Both the position numbers and the translations under genes were made by a program. A stretch of DNA of 64,000 nt from Asterias rubens. Its lineage: Eukaryota. Positions 22,054 to 33,460 of the stretch are shown here, one piece after another (position 1 is the first letter of the stretch; each line of letters starts with the position of its first letter). A model generated the notes under the pieces. It saw nothing but the letters and a program-made list of their open reading frames with translations, searched no databases and was not told the origin of the DNA. The stretch spans positions 3,348,001 through 3,412,000 of the forward strand of contig NC_047074.1 in NCBI RefSeq assembly GCF_902459465.1. The letters run 5' to 3'.

Positions 22054-23006
22054 CACTAGGTGATGTGAGCATTTGTCTACCCCCACCCCCCCCCGTTCCA
22101 AAATTGTCACTTGTTTTGCTTTTGATACCCCAGTCTCCATTCTGATCATGTGCTAGTCTTATTTTTTTGTGATTCATAAACCTTAAATCAAACATTGTTA
22201 GTCTGCAAAAGTTGTTTGGATTCAGATTAATATCATCTTTTTACAATTTGTTCACAATATTCCGGTTTTAAAGAATTATTTAAAAAAAAAATTCTTGACA
22301 AGCTTCAATAAAAAAGAAGAAAATTATCAAAATTCAATTGTCCTTCCACAATCATTTCTCAATCTCCACTCGAGTGCACTCAATGTATTTCTTTCTTTCT
22401 TTTTGTTTGATAAGGGGATGTTTAAACCAGGGCTGAATGTCAAAAAGCTGTTAAGCTCCCGCTGGTCTTTTTTCGTGCGTGATATCTGGGGGTGCTGCGG
22501 CCGCGTGCGCCTTGATTTAAGGCTAGTCGTACTCGTACTGCGAACTAAGTAATCCGAAAGTGCCCTCTTTTGAATCACACTTCGGGTTGACCGAATTCCC
22601 TATAACAAAATCCAATTTAAAAGAAATGCTAATTATTATTCAAATTTATTGAGTATGGAAAGTATGGAAAATACTTAGCAGTCTCACAGCTTTTTACATT
22701 AGTGACTATTGTTCTCTGACTCTTGAATTTGTATCCACTTCTCATTAGAAATGGGGAGTCCCGCGGTGCGCCCGTCGAGTTATTCTCCCTTGTAACTATT
22801 TTCCAAACGTCCGAGGATCAATCTTGAAAATCTCCCTACACCTCTCAGCAGTATATTTTATTAAAAATATTGAAATACATCAATACATCAAGTTGGAAGT
22901 CGAAAAACCCAGAGGGCCAATTACATAAATCATGTAAGCAAAAAAAGAATGTTACGTTTCCATTGTTGTGCCACACTCAATGTTTGCTTAGCAAAGAAAT
23001 TTGTCA

Positions 23007-23506
23007 GGTGTCGCATGCAATTATGTCATCTATGCAATACTATCCGGAGGACATTATTTCATATGCAATAATGTCCGCCGGACGGTTTTGCATATGCAAT
23101 CGTGTCCGCCCGGACGCTGCTGCATAATGCATTTTGTGTCCGCCCGGACACATTTGCATATGCAGTTGTGTCCGCCCCCGTGCAAAACCGTCCTTGTAGT
23201 AAATTAAACACCCTTGGCCGACGGAACACGTTCGCCATATGATTTTTTTTACAAGCTGAGTGCATGTTATGAATGACATGGCAAATATTCGGCCGTTGGG
23301 TATCGCTGCAATCATTAATACATGAATAATTCATGCTGCATAATACGTAGGTTCAGTGCATGCACGCTCGCTTACGCGCGCACATACGTGTACAGTCATG
23401 TACATGTCCACCGGACGGTTTTTGCATAGCCCCGGACACGATTGCATATGCAAAAGTGTCCGGAGCGGACAGTATTGCACGGGCGGACACAATTGCATCT
23501 GACACC
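23007..23506 (+). mobile_element. TIR element with internal arrays of TTGCATATGCAA and GTCCGCCCGGAC, upstream of ferritin
   Basis: Imperfect ~24-bp TIR GGTGTCGCATGCAATTATGTC / GACACAATTGCATCTGACACC; second copy at 62159-62573. Confidence 0.85.
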
Positions 23507-24096
23507 GGCAATTATATGAAATTGAGCCTATCAGGTCACAACATTGGTCAAAATGTTTACACTGTATGTTGGAGCTCTCAAATCTGTCTAGATAAGAATT
23601 ATGTTGAGTGTCGATGCTCTGTGCACAGGGCACCGGAACTCGGTTGAAACATGACTCTCTGTCAGTGTCTGGATGACACAGGATACGTTCTTATTACACT
23701 TTCCCCAAAGGTGACAATACCAAACGGGCTTAATACTTCGTTGCCTGGATGTTCGACACCATTACAATTATCAAGATCCCCAAAAAGTTCTGAAGAAATC
23801 GCGTAAAGTTATGGTATTATCATTGTATGGCCAAACCAATGCTTTTCTCCTTAGCCAATTTAAATAGTCTTGAACAGAATGATGGAGAAGTTGAGTGTAG
23901 AGTTGCAATTATACATACCAGACCCAAAGAAAAACATTCACTGTTCCCGGGGAGTAAGTAACAAAGGGATAACAGCTTCCCAGATTGGTATAAATGTTTT
24001 TGTTGCATATTATTTCTACCCACTTAAAATATTATTACTAGTCAGATCAGAGACTTTGCATTGAAACTTATTGGAAAAGGTTCACTATAGACCAAG

Positions 24097-26443
24097 ATGC
24101 AAGAAGTCCGTAATAATATCATTAGACAGAATTACCATGAGGAGAGTGAGGCTGCCATCAACAGGCAGCTCAACCTGACGATGTACGCATCTTACACGTA
24201 CTTATCAATGGTAAGCTGTCTGTTTTCTTTTCTTTTTTTGCGATGCCCCGATCCTGTCAGATTTACACGGCTGCCCCACCACTAAACTCCACCTCCCATA
24301 AACTCCAAAAGGGAAATGTATATACTATTTGTTTTCTCATCAAATAAATTTTCAGATAGAAATATTTCAAGGGATGTCCTCTGTCATCATCATTAGACCG
24401 TGTAAGTTGTAATGTCATGATCTTAGAGTTTTGTTTCTTACCAATTTCATATACGTTTGTTGTGTTGTCATATATACCTCGAGAAAGGTTTTGCTAGGGG
24501 CAAAACGTCAGACCATAAACTATTTTATGCCTGATAGGAGTATTTTTACTTGCTGGGGAAACAAGAGTGCGTTATCAAACGATTTACCAGCACAACTCGT
24601 CGACGGGTAGAACCACTGGGTGTGTGTGGGGGGGGGGGGGGGGAAGTCACAAAGTTCCAGAAGTGGGCACCGGACGCGGCGACCCGTGGGCTTTTGAAGG
24701 GTGTATGGTTGACCATAGCCTTTTCGAATTAACGGCTTCGGCTCCGGACTCGGCTCAGGCTAGCTTGGCCCCGCAGTTATTTTGAAAATTGCGCGTGTTT
24801 TGCGTACGTGCTCAGGGCTTCAGACTAGAAACCTGAAGCTGAATTCAAAGATGAAGCCGTGCATTCGAAAAGGGTATAGCATGCATTTATAATAATTTAT
24901 ACAATCAACATTAAATTAAGATATGGTTTTCCCAACAATAGTCGGCATATTTCGGCAGAGCCGACATCGCCGTTCCATGTGCACATGAGTTCTTCAAGAG
25001 GGCACACGAAGAGGAGCAGGCCCACTTGTGGAAGCTGATCAAATTTCAGAACATGCGAGGAGGCGTTGTTGGTCTGCAGGACGTCGTGAAACCAGACAGA
25101 GACGAATGGGGATCCCTCCTGGAGGCAATCGGGAAGTCACTGGAGCTCGAGAAACAAGTCAACCAATCACTGCTGGATCTTCATGCGATTGCAGACAGAC
25201 ATGGTGACGCACAGGTAGGCCTACGTCACGTGTCACGTGCAAACCTTGTTCAGTTTGCTGCTGACTAGCCTGTACATCTGACGTCACATTTCGAAACGCG
25301 TGAATCACGCCAGAGATCTACCATTGAGCCTACGTCAATCCCCACCCACATCACCTTTCATCAACATTTGTATAACATGGAGAATCGAATAACAAGACGT
25401 ATAGAAACAATATTACATGAAAGTACATTATACTGTACTTATACACAGCGCGCACTGCACCAACCGAAAGTGATTTCTGTCCATATTGTTGTCAGCTGCA
25501 CCCATGTCACCTCGGACCACCAAACACAGATATGGAATGCTTACGTTACTGTATGTTTTATCCGCAATCATTGTATCGAATGAAATCACTGGTTCTGATC
25601 ATTATGTCTTTATTATCCGCGGAGACTATTCTAGCCAATGATGGTCCACATCCCCCAATCCCATTTGAACCGGGGTGAAAGGCAGTGAAAGAAAACGGGA
25701 TTATCAAAACTTTTGTTATATTTTTCTTCTGATCGTACCACACCCACTGCGGTGGGCTTCACCAATAATGCCCGCATGCGACGAAAACAACGTTGTAAGA
25801 GTACACATCAAACGATAAAAAAAGAGCGGCCATTAAAAGGGTTTGCCTTCAAATCTCTCAAGATGTTCTGTTTGGAATTACTCCTTATCTTTTTCTGTGG
25901 GCACGTTTGGTGATTGTCGAAGACCAATTTATTTAAACTTGGTGTTTCCCAACAAAATAAAAAATAAAAGGGGAAATTTGGGCTCAATATTTGTCATAGA
26001 GGTTGAAATAAAATAATGAGAGAAAAACATCCTTCTTGCATAATAATTGGCTTCATGCCTGAAGTAGTGAGAAATAACCCCTTTCTCTTCTTCGGAGGGA
26101 GCCATGTCTTATACTACAACAGCTCTCCATTGCCAATTAACTTTTTTAAGCTTGCAATTATTGTGAGATATTACTAATAATGTCCGGTGCCTTTGCAACT
26201 GTTCTTCATCCCTTATGAAATAATAAACAATTGTGGCTTTACTCTCGTTCGTAGATGTGCGAGTGGATTGGAGCGAACTTTCTGACCAATCAAGTGCTGA
26301 CCATCCAAGAGCTTGGAAATCACATCACTCAGCTTGGCCGGGTGGGTGCTGGTCTTGGAGAGTACATCTACGACAAGGAATCGCTGTGTAACCCACAGTG
26401 TTTGTGTGTCCGCCGCCAACCCCCTAAATGTACATGCAAATAA
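24097..26443 (+). CDS. Divergent ferritin subunit, 3 exons (24097-24210, 24942-25214, 26255-26443), 191 aa
   Basis: [54 protein letters not shown] and [10 protein letters not shown] are typical of animal ferritins. Introns are phase 0 and GT-AG. Confidence 0.95.
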
Positions 26444-26879
26444 TTATTGTCCATCTCCTCACAAACGGGTATAGACTTGTGGACAAGTCGTTATTGGTCT
26501 GTCGCGGTTAGATAATCGAGTCGTGAAAGTGGCATAATAAGACTCCAAGATGCTCTCGCGCGAAACTGCTGGCTGCCGACTGAAATGAGACTGCGCGAGA
26601 TCAGTAGTCTCGCGGGAATGTCGCGGGAGTCGCAGAGACAGTCAGATCGCTATCACCTCGACATACGCCTTGTCCACAAGTCTTTAAACGGATACAGCTC
26701 TTTTATAAGAGTTAACTATTAATGCACAAAACACGTGGGCTGCAAGTGAGTAGTGATAATATAAAAATAACAAAATAAAAGAACACAAGGTCCGCCAATT
26801 TATAACATTCATGTTTGTTTTTGTTACATGGCTTTTAAAACATTGGGTTTTTATTGCATTTATGGGTGACACAACACCC

Positions 26880-27157
26880 TTAAAGATTCTGTACACTATT
26901 GGTAATTGTCAAAGACCAGTCCTCTCACTTGGTGTATCTGAATATAATGCATAAATAACAAACCTGTGAAAAGTTTGAGCTCATTTGGTCGTCGAAGTTG
27001 CGAGAATGAAAGAAAAAACATCCTTACGAAGTTGTGTGCTTTCATATGCTTGATTTCGAGACCTCAAATTCTAACCCGATGTCTGGAAATCAAATTCGTG
27101 GAAAATTACTTCTTTCTCGAAAACTACGTTACTTCAGAGGGAGCCGTTTCTCACAAT
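26880..27157 (-). mobile_element. T2-type MITE family A, truncated
   Basis: TTAAAGATTCTGTACACTATTGGTAATTGTCAAAGACC plus the shared body. Confidence 0.75.
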
Positions 27158-27434
27158 ATAGAGTCTTGCTGGGTAGTCTCCTAAGACCCCCACTGTGAAC
27201 TGAGACAAAAGTCTTGGGTAGTAGTCTTCAACGACCCATAGTGTTAAATGAGACATGAGTCTATGGTAGTCTCCTTACAATCAGTGAACTTAGATAAGGC
27301 ACAAGACCCGAGTAAATAAAAACAAACAAAACAAAAAGATTCCACAAAACTTGATCACATTTCAATCCTTCCTGTACGTGGTTTATTTCAGTGTTAACAA
27401 AAAAATCATGACATAGATATTAAAATTACTGTAA

Positions 27435-27625
27435 AGGCCCGGTCACACAGGCCCCGATAACGAGAACGAAAACGAGAACGATAAAAATGCACGCTCGCAA
27501 TTGGTTGAATTGATCCACGCAGAATACGCCCACGCTCATTCAACCAATCGAGGGCGTGCATTTGTATCGTTATCGTTTTCGTTCTCGTTTAAGTTCTCTT
27601 TATCGGGGCCTGTGTGACCGGGCCT
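27435..27625. mobile_element. PIF/Harbinger-type palindromic MITE with TAA target duplication
   Basis: TAA-AGGCCCGGTCACACAGGCCCCGATAA...TTATCGGGGCCTGTGTGACCGGGCCT-TAA. Confidence 0.9.
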
Positions 27626-30369
27626 TAACACTTCTACTGTTGGCAATATGTTCCAATGTACACAGTGGCACAGCTGAGCAAAGACATAACTGTGCACACG
27701 TATGTACTGTAAGCATTCATTACACATTGTGTCATTTTGCAGGCTGGCATAGTTTATCTATCATTCAAAACCATACTGTATTATACTGAAGGGTCTAACA
27801 GTAGGAAGGTTAACATTGTAACCAGTCAATTATATTCATTTATAAATGCAAATTAATTTTCCTTTTTATGCATTATTTATAATTGTTTAAAATCAACACC
27901 AAGTCTTTGAGTTTTTTTAGTTTTATGTTTCTTCGCGGGCACAACGCAAATCATAAAAAAACTATTTGTCATTTGTATACAATATTTGGTGATTTACTTT
28001 TATCTAGTCATATGCTACACTTCCGTGACCATAAATCTATGAAAAGCCGACAACATGGTTTGATTAACTTGATGTGTGGATTCCTTTATGTACCATCCTT
28101 TACAAGCTACAAAATATTTGGTGTTGAATTGTTTTTCAATGGAATGCGGTGAATTAATTGTGGGGTTCTTGTTGAAATTGAACTGTCTGAAGAGTTGTAA
28201 GACGTGTGACTTAAACTACAAAATATGTGAATTTTTTGTATAAAAGCTAATAACATCGATCTATAAAAAAGATTTCTTTCACTGATTTTCGACCGTTCTT
28301 AAACAATCACTGACTATTTGCAACCAGCAAAAAGTAAAACCATCATATCACCTTGTGCGGATTCCGATTTGTACACCTGGATGAAGAGAAGCAATTCATG
28401 CGTGACTAAAGCTTGTTCAATAACACTACAGTGGTTAAGCTTTAACCTCAATACTATCAATCAGTTCTAAAACCTTGACAACATTTTATTCCAATAGATG
28501 GTCATAACCAACGTTTGTTGATGGTGAAATTGACTAGCATCAAGATGCTCGTTTTAGCTTGTAATGACAATATCGCATGATTGGCAATAGAGCATTTTTG
28601 AATAGTTTCTGTAGGGCATTAAAACTGTAGCTTTCCATTACACTGATGCATGGATTACCAAACTTCAAAGCTTCTTTGTTTCATCTTACATGAACATCCA
28701 TTCAGAATTAATAATACAAATAACTATTAAAACATTTTTTTTTTAAGAAAAGAAAATGGTACCCCCGATAACATTGTTAAATGTTTCTTGCTTAAAACCT
28801 TCATGTGTTGAGAATAAATATCCAAGCACCATTCTTTTGTAATCATCATTCGTAATAAATAAGTTATACACAATATATCTAGTTAAAACAATTGTCGCTA
28901 AATGATAAAATCATCAAAATTTCACATGATACAGTTGTTCAGTATTCAACCTACAGCTTATGGTTATCTTAAATTAGAATAAAACTTGTCAAATTGAAAA
29001 CAGAAACTTAAATTTCAAAAGGCTCTAAAGACTGACACGTTTGAATTTACATTTTTTTTATTTTATTTTTTTTTTTAAGTAGCACATAAAGTCCCTATCA
29101 GTTAGTTGAAAGGAAAACTTACAAGGGACAACAACACAATCCTAAAACAGATCTATCAGAATAAAACAAAAATTGAAGGAAAGATTATCCATTCACTACC
29201 CAACTTTCATCAAGATAAATCAATCTTTTCTGATTAATAATCAACATTAAATTGTTTATTTCATACCTGTTTGTTTAATAGATAGTCAGTTTACTAAAAC
29301 AAATTGATTTTGAACGAAAAAGCAGCTACAAAACAAAAACAGTCAATCTACATTCAAATGTTTTTTGGTTTTACCCACACATTGATGTGTGTAATCACTC
29401 TAAACTCATACTTTCCAGGTTTCTGTAAAAAAAAAGAATACCCATAAATTCATATTAATTGGATGAGATTCGAACCCATCAACATCCTCCTTTATAAGCG
29501 GCGGTGGCTATAATATGAGAATAGGGTGTTTCTATGGCAGATGCCTTACATGTGCGGACTTGTACACAGATTATGACCGGTAGCCTGAATCTTACATTAA
29601 GGCAGCGGGTACTGCAAAAATTTAAAATGTTGTTTGTTTCTTCTCACAAAAACAGGAAATTGAAATACACACAATAATATAAAATTATGTATCCTAAATG
29701 CAAGTCTAAAATCTACTAAATACGCACAAAAATAATAAAACGATTAAAGTATATACCAAACCATCCGTCAACATAAGTGAATTCTTGCCTAAAACCTTTT
29801 CTGTTTTGATAATTAATTATCAAAACATCAATCTTGTAATCCCATTCATTTATTTAACTTTCCTAATCTATACCTTTAAATACAATTTTAAAAATAAGTT
29901 TAAAAAGAAATAAATGATATTTACAACTAAACCATGCAGTAATTATCTCTTCGCAAATTTCAAATTTTAAGTCATGCTTAATGACAAAAACTGTCCATTT
30001 GTTTTGATTCAAAACAATACTTTTATTTCAAGTTCATCCAACAGGATTCTAAAAGCTGCATCAAATATGTACAGTTGCAGCAGCCTTTATGCATGTTTTG
30101 GGGGGGTATAAAATAATATGTTAATTATAATTTATAGTTACGTGTTGTATCTTGCAGGACTATTTTATCTTGGAGAATGCCACGATGATACCAACAAGAT
30201 CAGTTGTTGGAAAATTCAGGGGAAGATTTTGCTTCATTTTTTTCGCAGTAAAATTTGTAAACTGGGTATACTTTTTTAGTTTCAAACATTGCTTTTTGAG
30301 TACTGACTGATGCATAATGTGTAGCATTTAGCAAGGGAAATAAGGTGTTCGGTTCAACCATGGAGGAAG

Positions 30370-30990
30370 GAAGACGGACTTCAGCGTCTGATGTTCAGAT
30401 TTTACATGTGTCGTGTTTAGCTAACAGGACTTCAGGATGTGGTATTCAATTGGCAGGACTTCATAATGTGATGTTGCAGTTTACAGAACTTCCGCGTTCT
30501 GTGTTCAGTTAATAATATAACTTCAGAGTCCCGTGTCCATTTTTATACATGACATCAGAGTGGGTGTTAAGTTAACGGGACTTCAGAGTGTGGTGTTCAG
30601 TTTTCAGGAATCAGAGTTAGTTGTTAAGTTTACATGACTTCAGAGAGTGGTGTCCAGTATACAGCTCTTCAGCATCCGGTGTCCAGTTTATATGACTTTC
30701 TAGAGTCCTGTGTCCAGGTTACAGGACTTCAGAGTGTGGTGTAAAGTTTACAGTATTCCAGAGTGTGATGTACACTACATGACTTCAGAGTGTGGTGTTC
30801 TGTTTACATGACTTCAGAGTATGGTGTTAAGTTTACGTGACTTCACAGTGTTGTGTTCAGCTGACAGGACTTTAGTGTGTGGTGTTCAGTTTACATGACT
30901 TCAGAGTATGGTGTTAAGTTTACGTGACTTCAGAGTGTTGTGTTCAGCTGACAGGACTTTAGTGTGTGGTGTTCAGTTTACATGACTTCT
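30370..30990. repeat. Degenerate paralogous array of the same 29-bp minisatellite
   Basis: Units such as GTGTGGTGTTCAGTTTACATGACTTCAGA. Confidence 0.92.
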
Positions 30991-31040
30991 CGTATTTTCA
31001 AAGAGCAGGTCTTCAATGAGTAGGAGCAACCTTGCGTTTT
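30978..31040 (-). pseudogene. 3' terminal remnant of a second FReD gene copy
   Basis: Reads ...SYSLKTCSLKIREVM* versus YYSLKNCSMKIREVLY in the intact gene. It is followed by the same 29-bp repeat and the same downstream flank (30140-30330 resembles 31960-32200). Confidence 0.75.
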
Positions 31041-31358
31041 GAAGCGTGGCTAAACTCCCCTATTACCCCTAAATGGCGTCTTGGGCAGTCTGTTGTAGTT
31101 GCAACTGCTTTTAAAGAATATTTTTACGGTCAGAGTTTTTTAAACGTAGTTTGTTTATATACATGTAGATGAACAGCCTTCAGTATGCATAACACATAAA
31201 ATAAAATAGATATATCAGATGACAAAATTTAAAGATGATATAACTTGAACTGAGCGTGATTCCAATCGTTTACCAACTATCTATCCAACATCACCTTCAT
31301 TACACACCTGTTTGTTTTCCAGAGCTTCAATCCAAAGTAAAATTACTCAAACAAGTTT

Positions 31359-31729
31359 TTAAAGGCAGTGGACACTAATGGTAATTACTCAAAATAATTG
31401 TCAGCATAAAACCTTACTGGTAACGAGTAATGGGGAGAGGTACATAGTATAAAACAGTGTGAGAAACGGCACCCTCTGAAGTAACGTATTTTTCGAGAAA
31501 GAAGGTATTTTCCATGAATTTGATTTCGAGACCCCAAGTAAAGAGTTTGAGGTGTCGAAATCAAGCACCTGAAAGCACACAACTTTGTGCGACAAGGGTG
31601 TTTTTTTCTTCTTTCCGACGACCACTCGAGCTCAAGTTTTCACGGGTTTGTTATTTCACGCATATGTTGAGATACACCAAGTGAGAAGACTGGTCTTTGG
31701 CAAATACCAATAGTGTCCAGTGTCTTTAA
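31359..31729 (+). mobile_element. T2-type MITE family A, full length
   Basis: TTAA at both ends and terminal inverted repeats. Confidence 0.85.
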
Positions 31730-32455
31730 CAACAAAGCAGCTCAAAAACGCAACATGCAATTATGCACAAATATCGCTTTAGTTTACCAAAAACATTGAT
31801 GTGTATCAAATACTCTATACTCATACCTAGATGTTTGTGAAAACAGGTGACATGCTACTCAAGTGGGATTGGAACCCACGATCTTTGTCTATAGAGCAGA
31901 TGTCCGACATGATTGTACGGAATAATACACATAATTGCCCGGTAGCTATAGATGTGGTGTGCGTACATGACTATTTTATCCTGGATAATGCTACAATGAT
32001 ATCAAAAGGATCAGTTATTGGAAAATTCAGGGAATGATTTTGCTAACCAATTTTGTGCAGTAATTTCTTTAAACTGGACATACTTTTTGCACATTGATGC
32101 TAATATTTTGTTGCAAACAATGCTTGGTAAGTACTGACTGACATAATATCGTGTAGCTCTGTACAAAAAATACAAGACAAGGGAAATAATTGAGTGCAAT
32201 TTTAATCATTGTGTGTATGCTCACCCAAATCCATGCCACTGTGTAGACATACCTGTACATCTTCTGGGTGATTTGAGGTTTGAAATCCTCTCTAATCTTC
32301 AAATTCTACTTATACAAGCAATGTGTAAATCCTCCCCGGGAGCTTCTTTGTATTCTAGTCTAGTCTCTATGTCTGTATGATAGTAGCACTTACCATTCAG
32401 ATGACATTGGGTCGACATTGGGTCCTACAATTAACTTAGTTACCCGCTTCGTGTA

Positions 32456-33460
32456 GATTGTGGTATTCAGGTTACAGGGCTTCAGAGTGTGGTGTTCAGG
32501 TAACAGGGCTTCAGCGTGTGGTGTTCAGGTTACAGGGCTTCAGAGTGTGATGTTCAGGTTACAGGGCTTCAGCGTGTGGTGTTCAGGTTACAGGGCTTCA
32601 GAGTGTGATGTTCAGGTTACAGGGCTTCAGCGTGTGGTGTTCAGGTAACAGGGCTTCAGCGTGTGGTGTTCAGGTAACAGGGCTTCAGAGTGTGGTGTTC
32701 AGGTTACAGGGCTTCAGCGTGCGGTGTTCAGGTAACAGGGCTTCAGCGTGTGGTGTTCAGGTTACAGGGCTTCAGAGTGTGATGTTCAGGTTACAGGGCT
32801 TCAGCGTGTGGTGTTCAGGTTACAGGGCTTCAGAGTGTGGTGTTCAGATTACAGGCCGGCTTCAGCGTGTGGTGTTCATGTTACAGGGCTTCAGCGTGTG
32901 GTGTTCAGATTACAGGGCTTCAGCATGTGGTGTTCAGGTTACAGGGCTTCAGAGTGTGGTGTTCAGATTACAGGGCTTCAGCGTGTGGTGTTCAGTTAGA
33001 GGGCTTCAGCGTGTGGTGTTCAGGTTACAGTACAGTCACAGTGTGGTTGGTGTTCAAGTTACATAACTGCAGGGTGTAGTGTTCAGTTTTACATGACTTT
33101 ACAGTGTGGTGTTCGGTTTCCAGGACTTCGGGGTGTAGTGTTCAGTTTACTTGACTTATAACTGCAGGGTGTAGTGTTCAGTTTTACATGACTTTACAGT
33201 GTGGTGTTCGGTTTCCAGGACTTCGGGGTGTAGTGTTCAGTTTACTTGACTTACAGTGTGGTGTTCGGTCTCCTGGACTTCAGAGTGGTGTTCAGTTTAC
33301 TTGACTTCAGATTCAAAGTGTGGTGTTCAGTTTACAGAACTTCAAAGTGTGGTGTTCAGAAACATTATTTAAGATTGAGCTGTTCAGTTTACATGACTTC
33401 AGAGTGTGGTGTTCAATTAACAGGACTTCAGAGTGTGGTGTTTAGTATACAGGACTTCTC
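32456..33460. repeat. 29-bp minisatellite (GTGTGGTGTTCAGGTTACAGGGCTTCAGA), homogeneous to ~33030 then older degenerate units
   Basis: Direct reading. It accounts for the overlapping repetitive ORFs at 32460-33079. Confidence 0.97.

Noticed and set aside
22870-23647. Cluster of Cys/His-rich ORFs on both strands (also 62054-62565)
   Set aside because: Produced by the TTGCATATGCAA/GTCCGCCCGGAC repeat element, with no consistent frame between copies.
23655-23675. IRE-like C-TCTGT-CAGTGT-CTGGA upstream of ferritin
   Set aside because: The closing pair is a T.C mismatch, two more pairs are wobbles and there is no lower stem.
26432-26443. Prenylation signal at the ferritin C-terminus (CTCK)
   Set aside because: It is neither CaaX with an accepted X residue nor a terminal CxC.
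32460-33079. Several long overlapping ORFs with repeated VFRLQGFSVWCSG
   Set aside because: They are translations of the 29-bp minisatellite, whose period is not a multiple of 3.
30370-33460. CRISPR-like appearance of the 29-bp arrays and of the 130-bp triplication
   Set aside because: Units are head-to-tail with no unique spacers, the context is eukaryotic and there are no cas genes.
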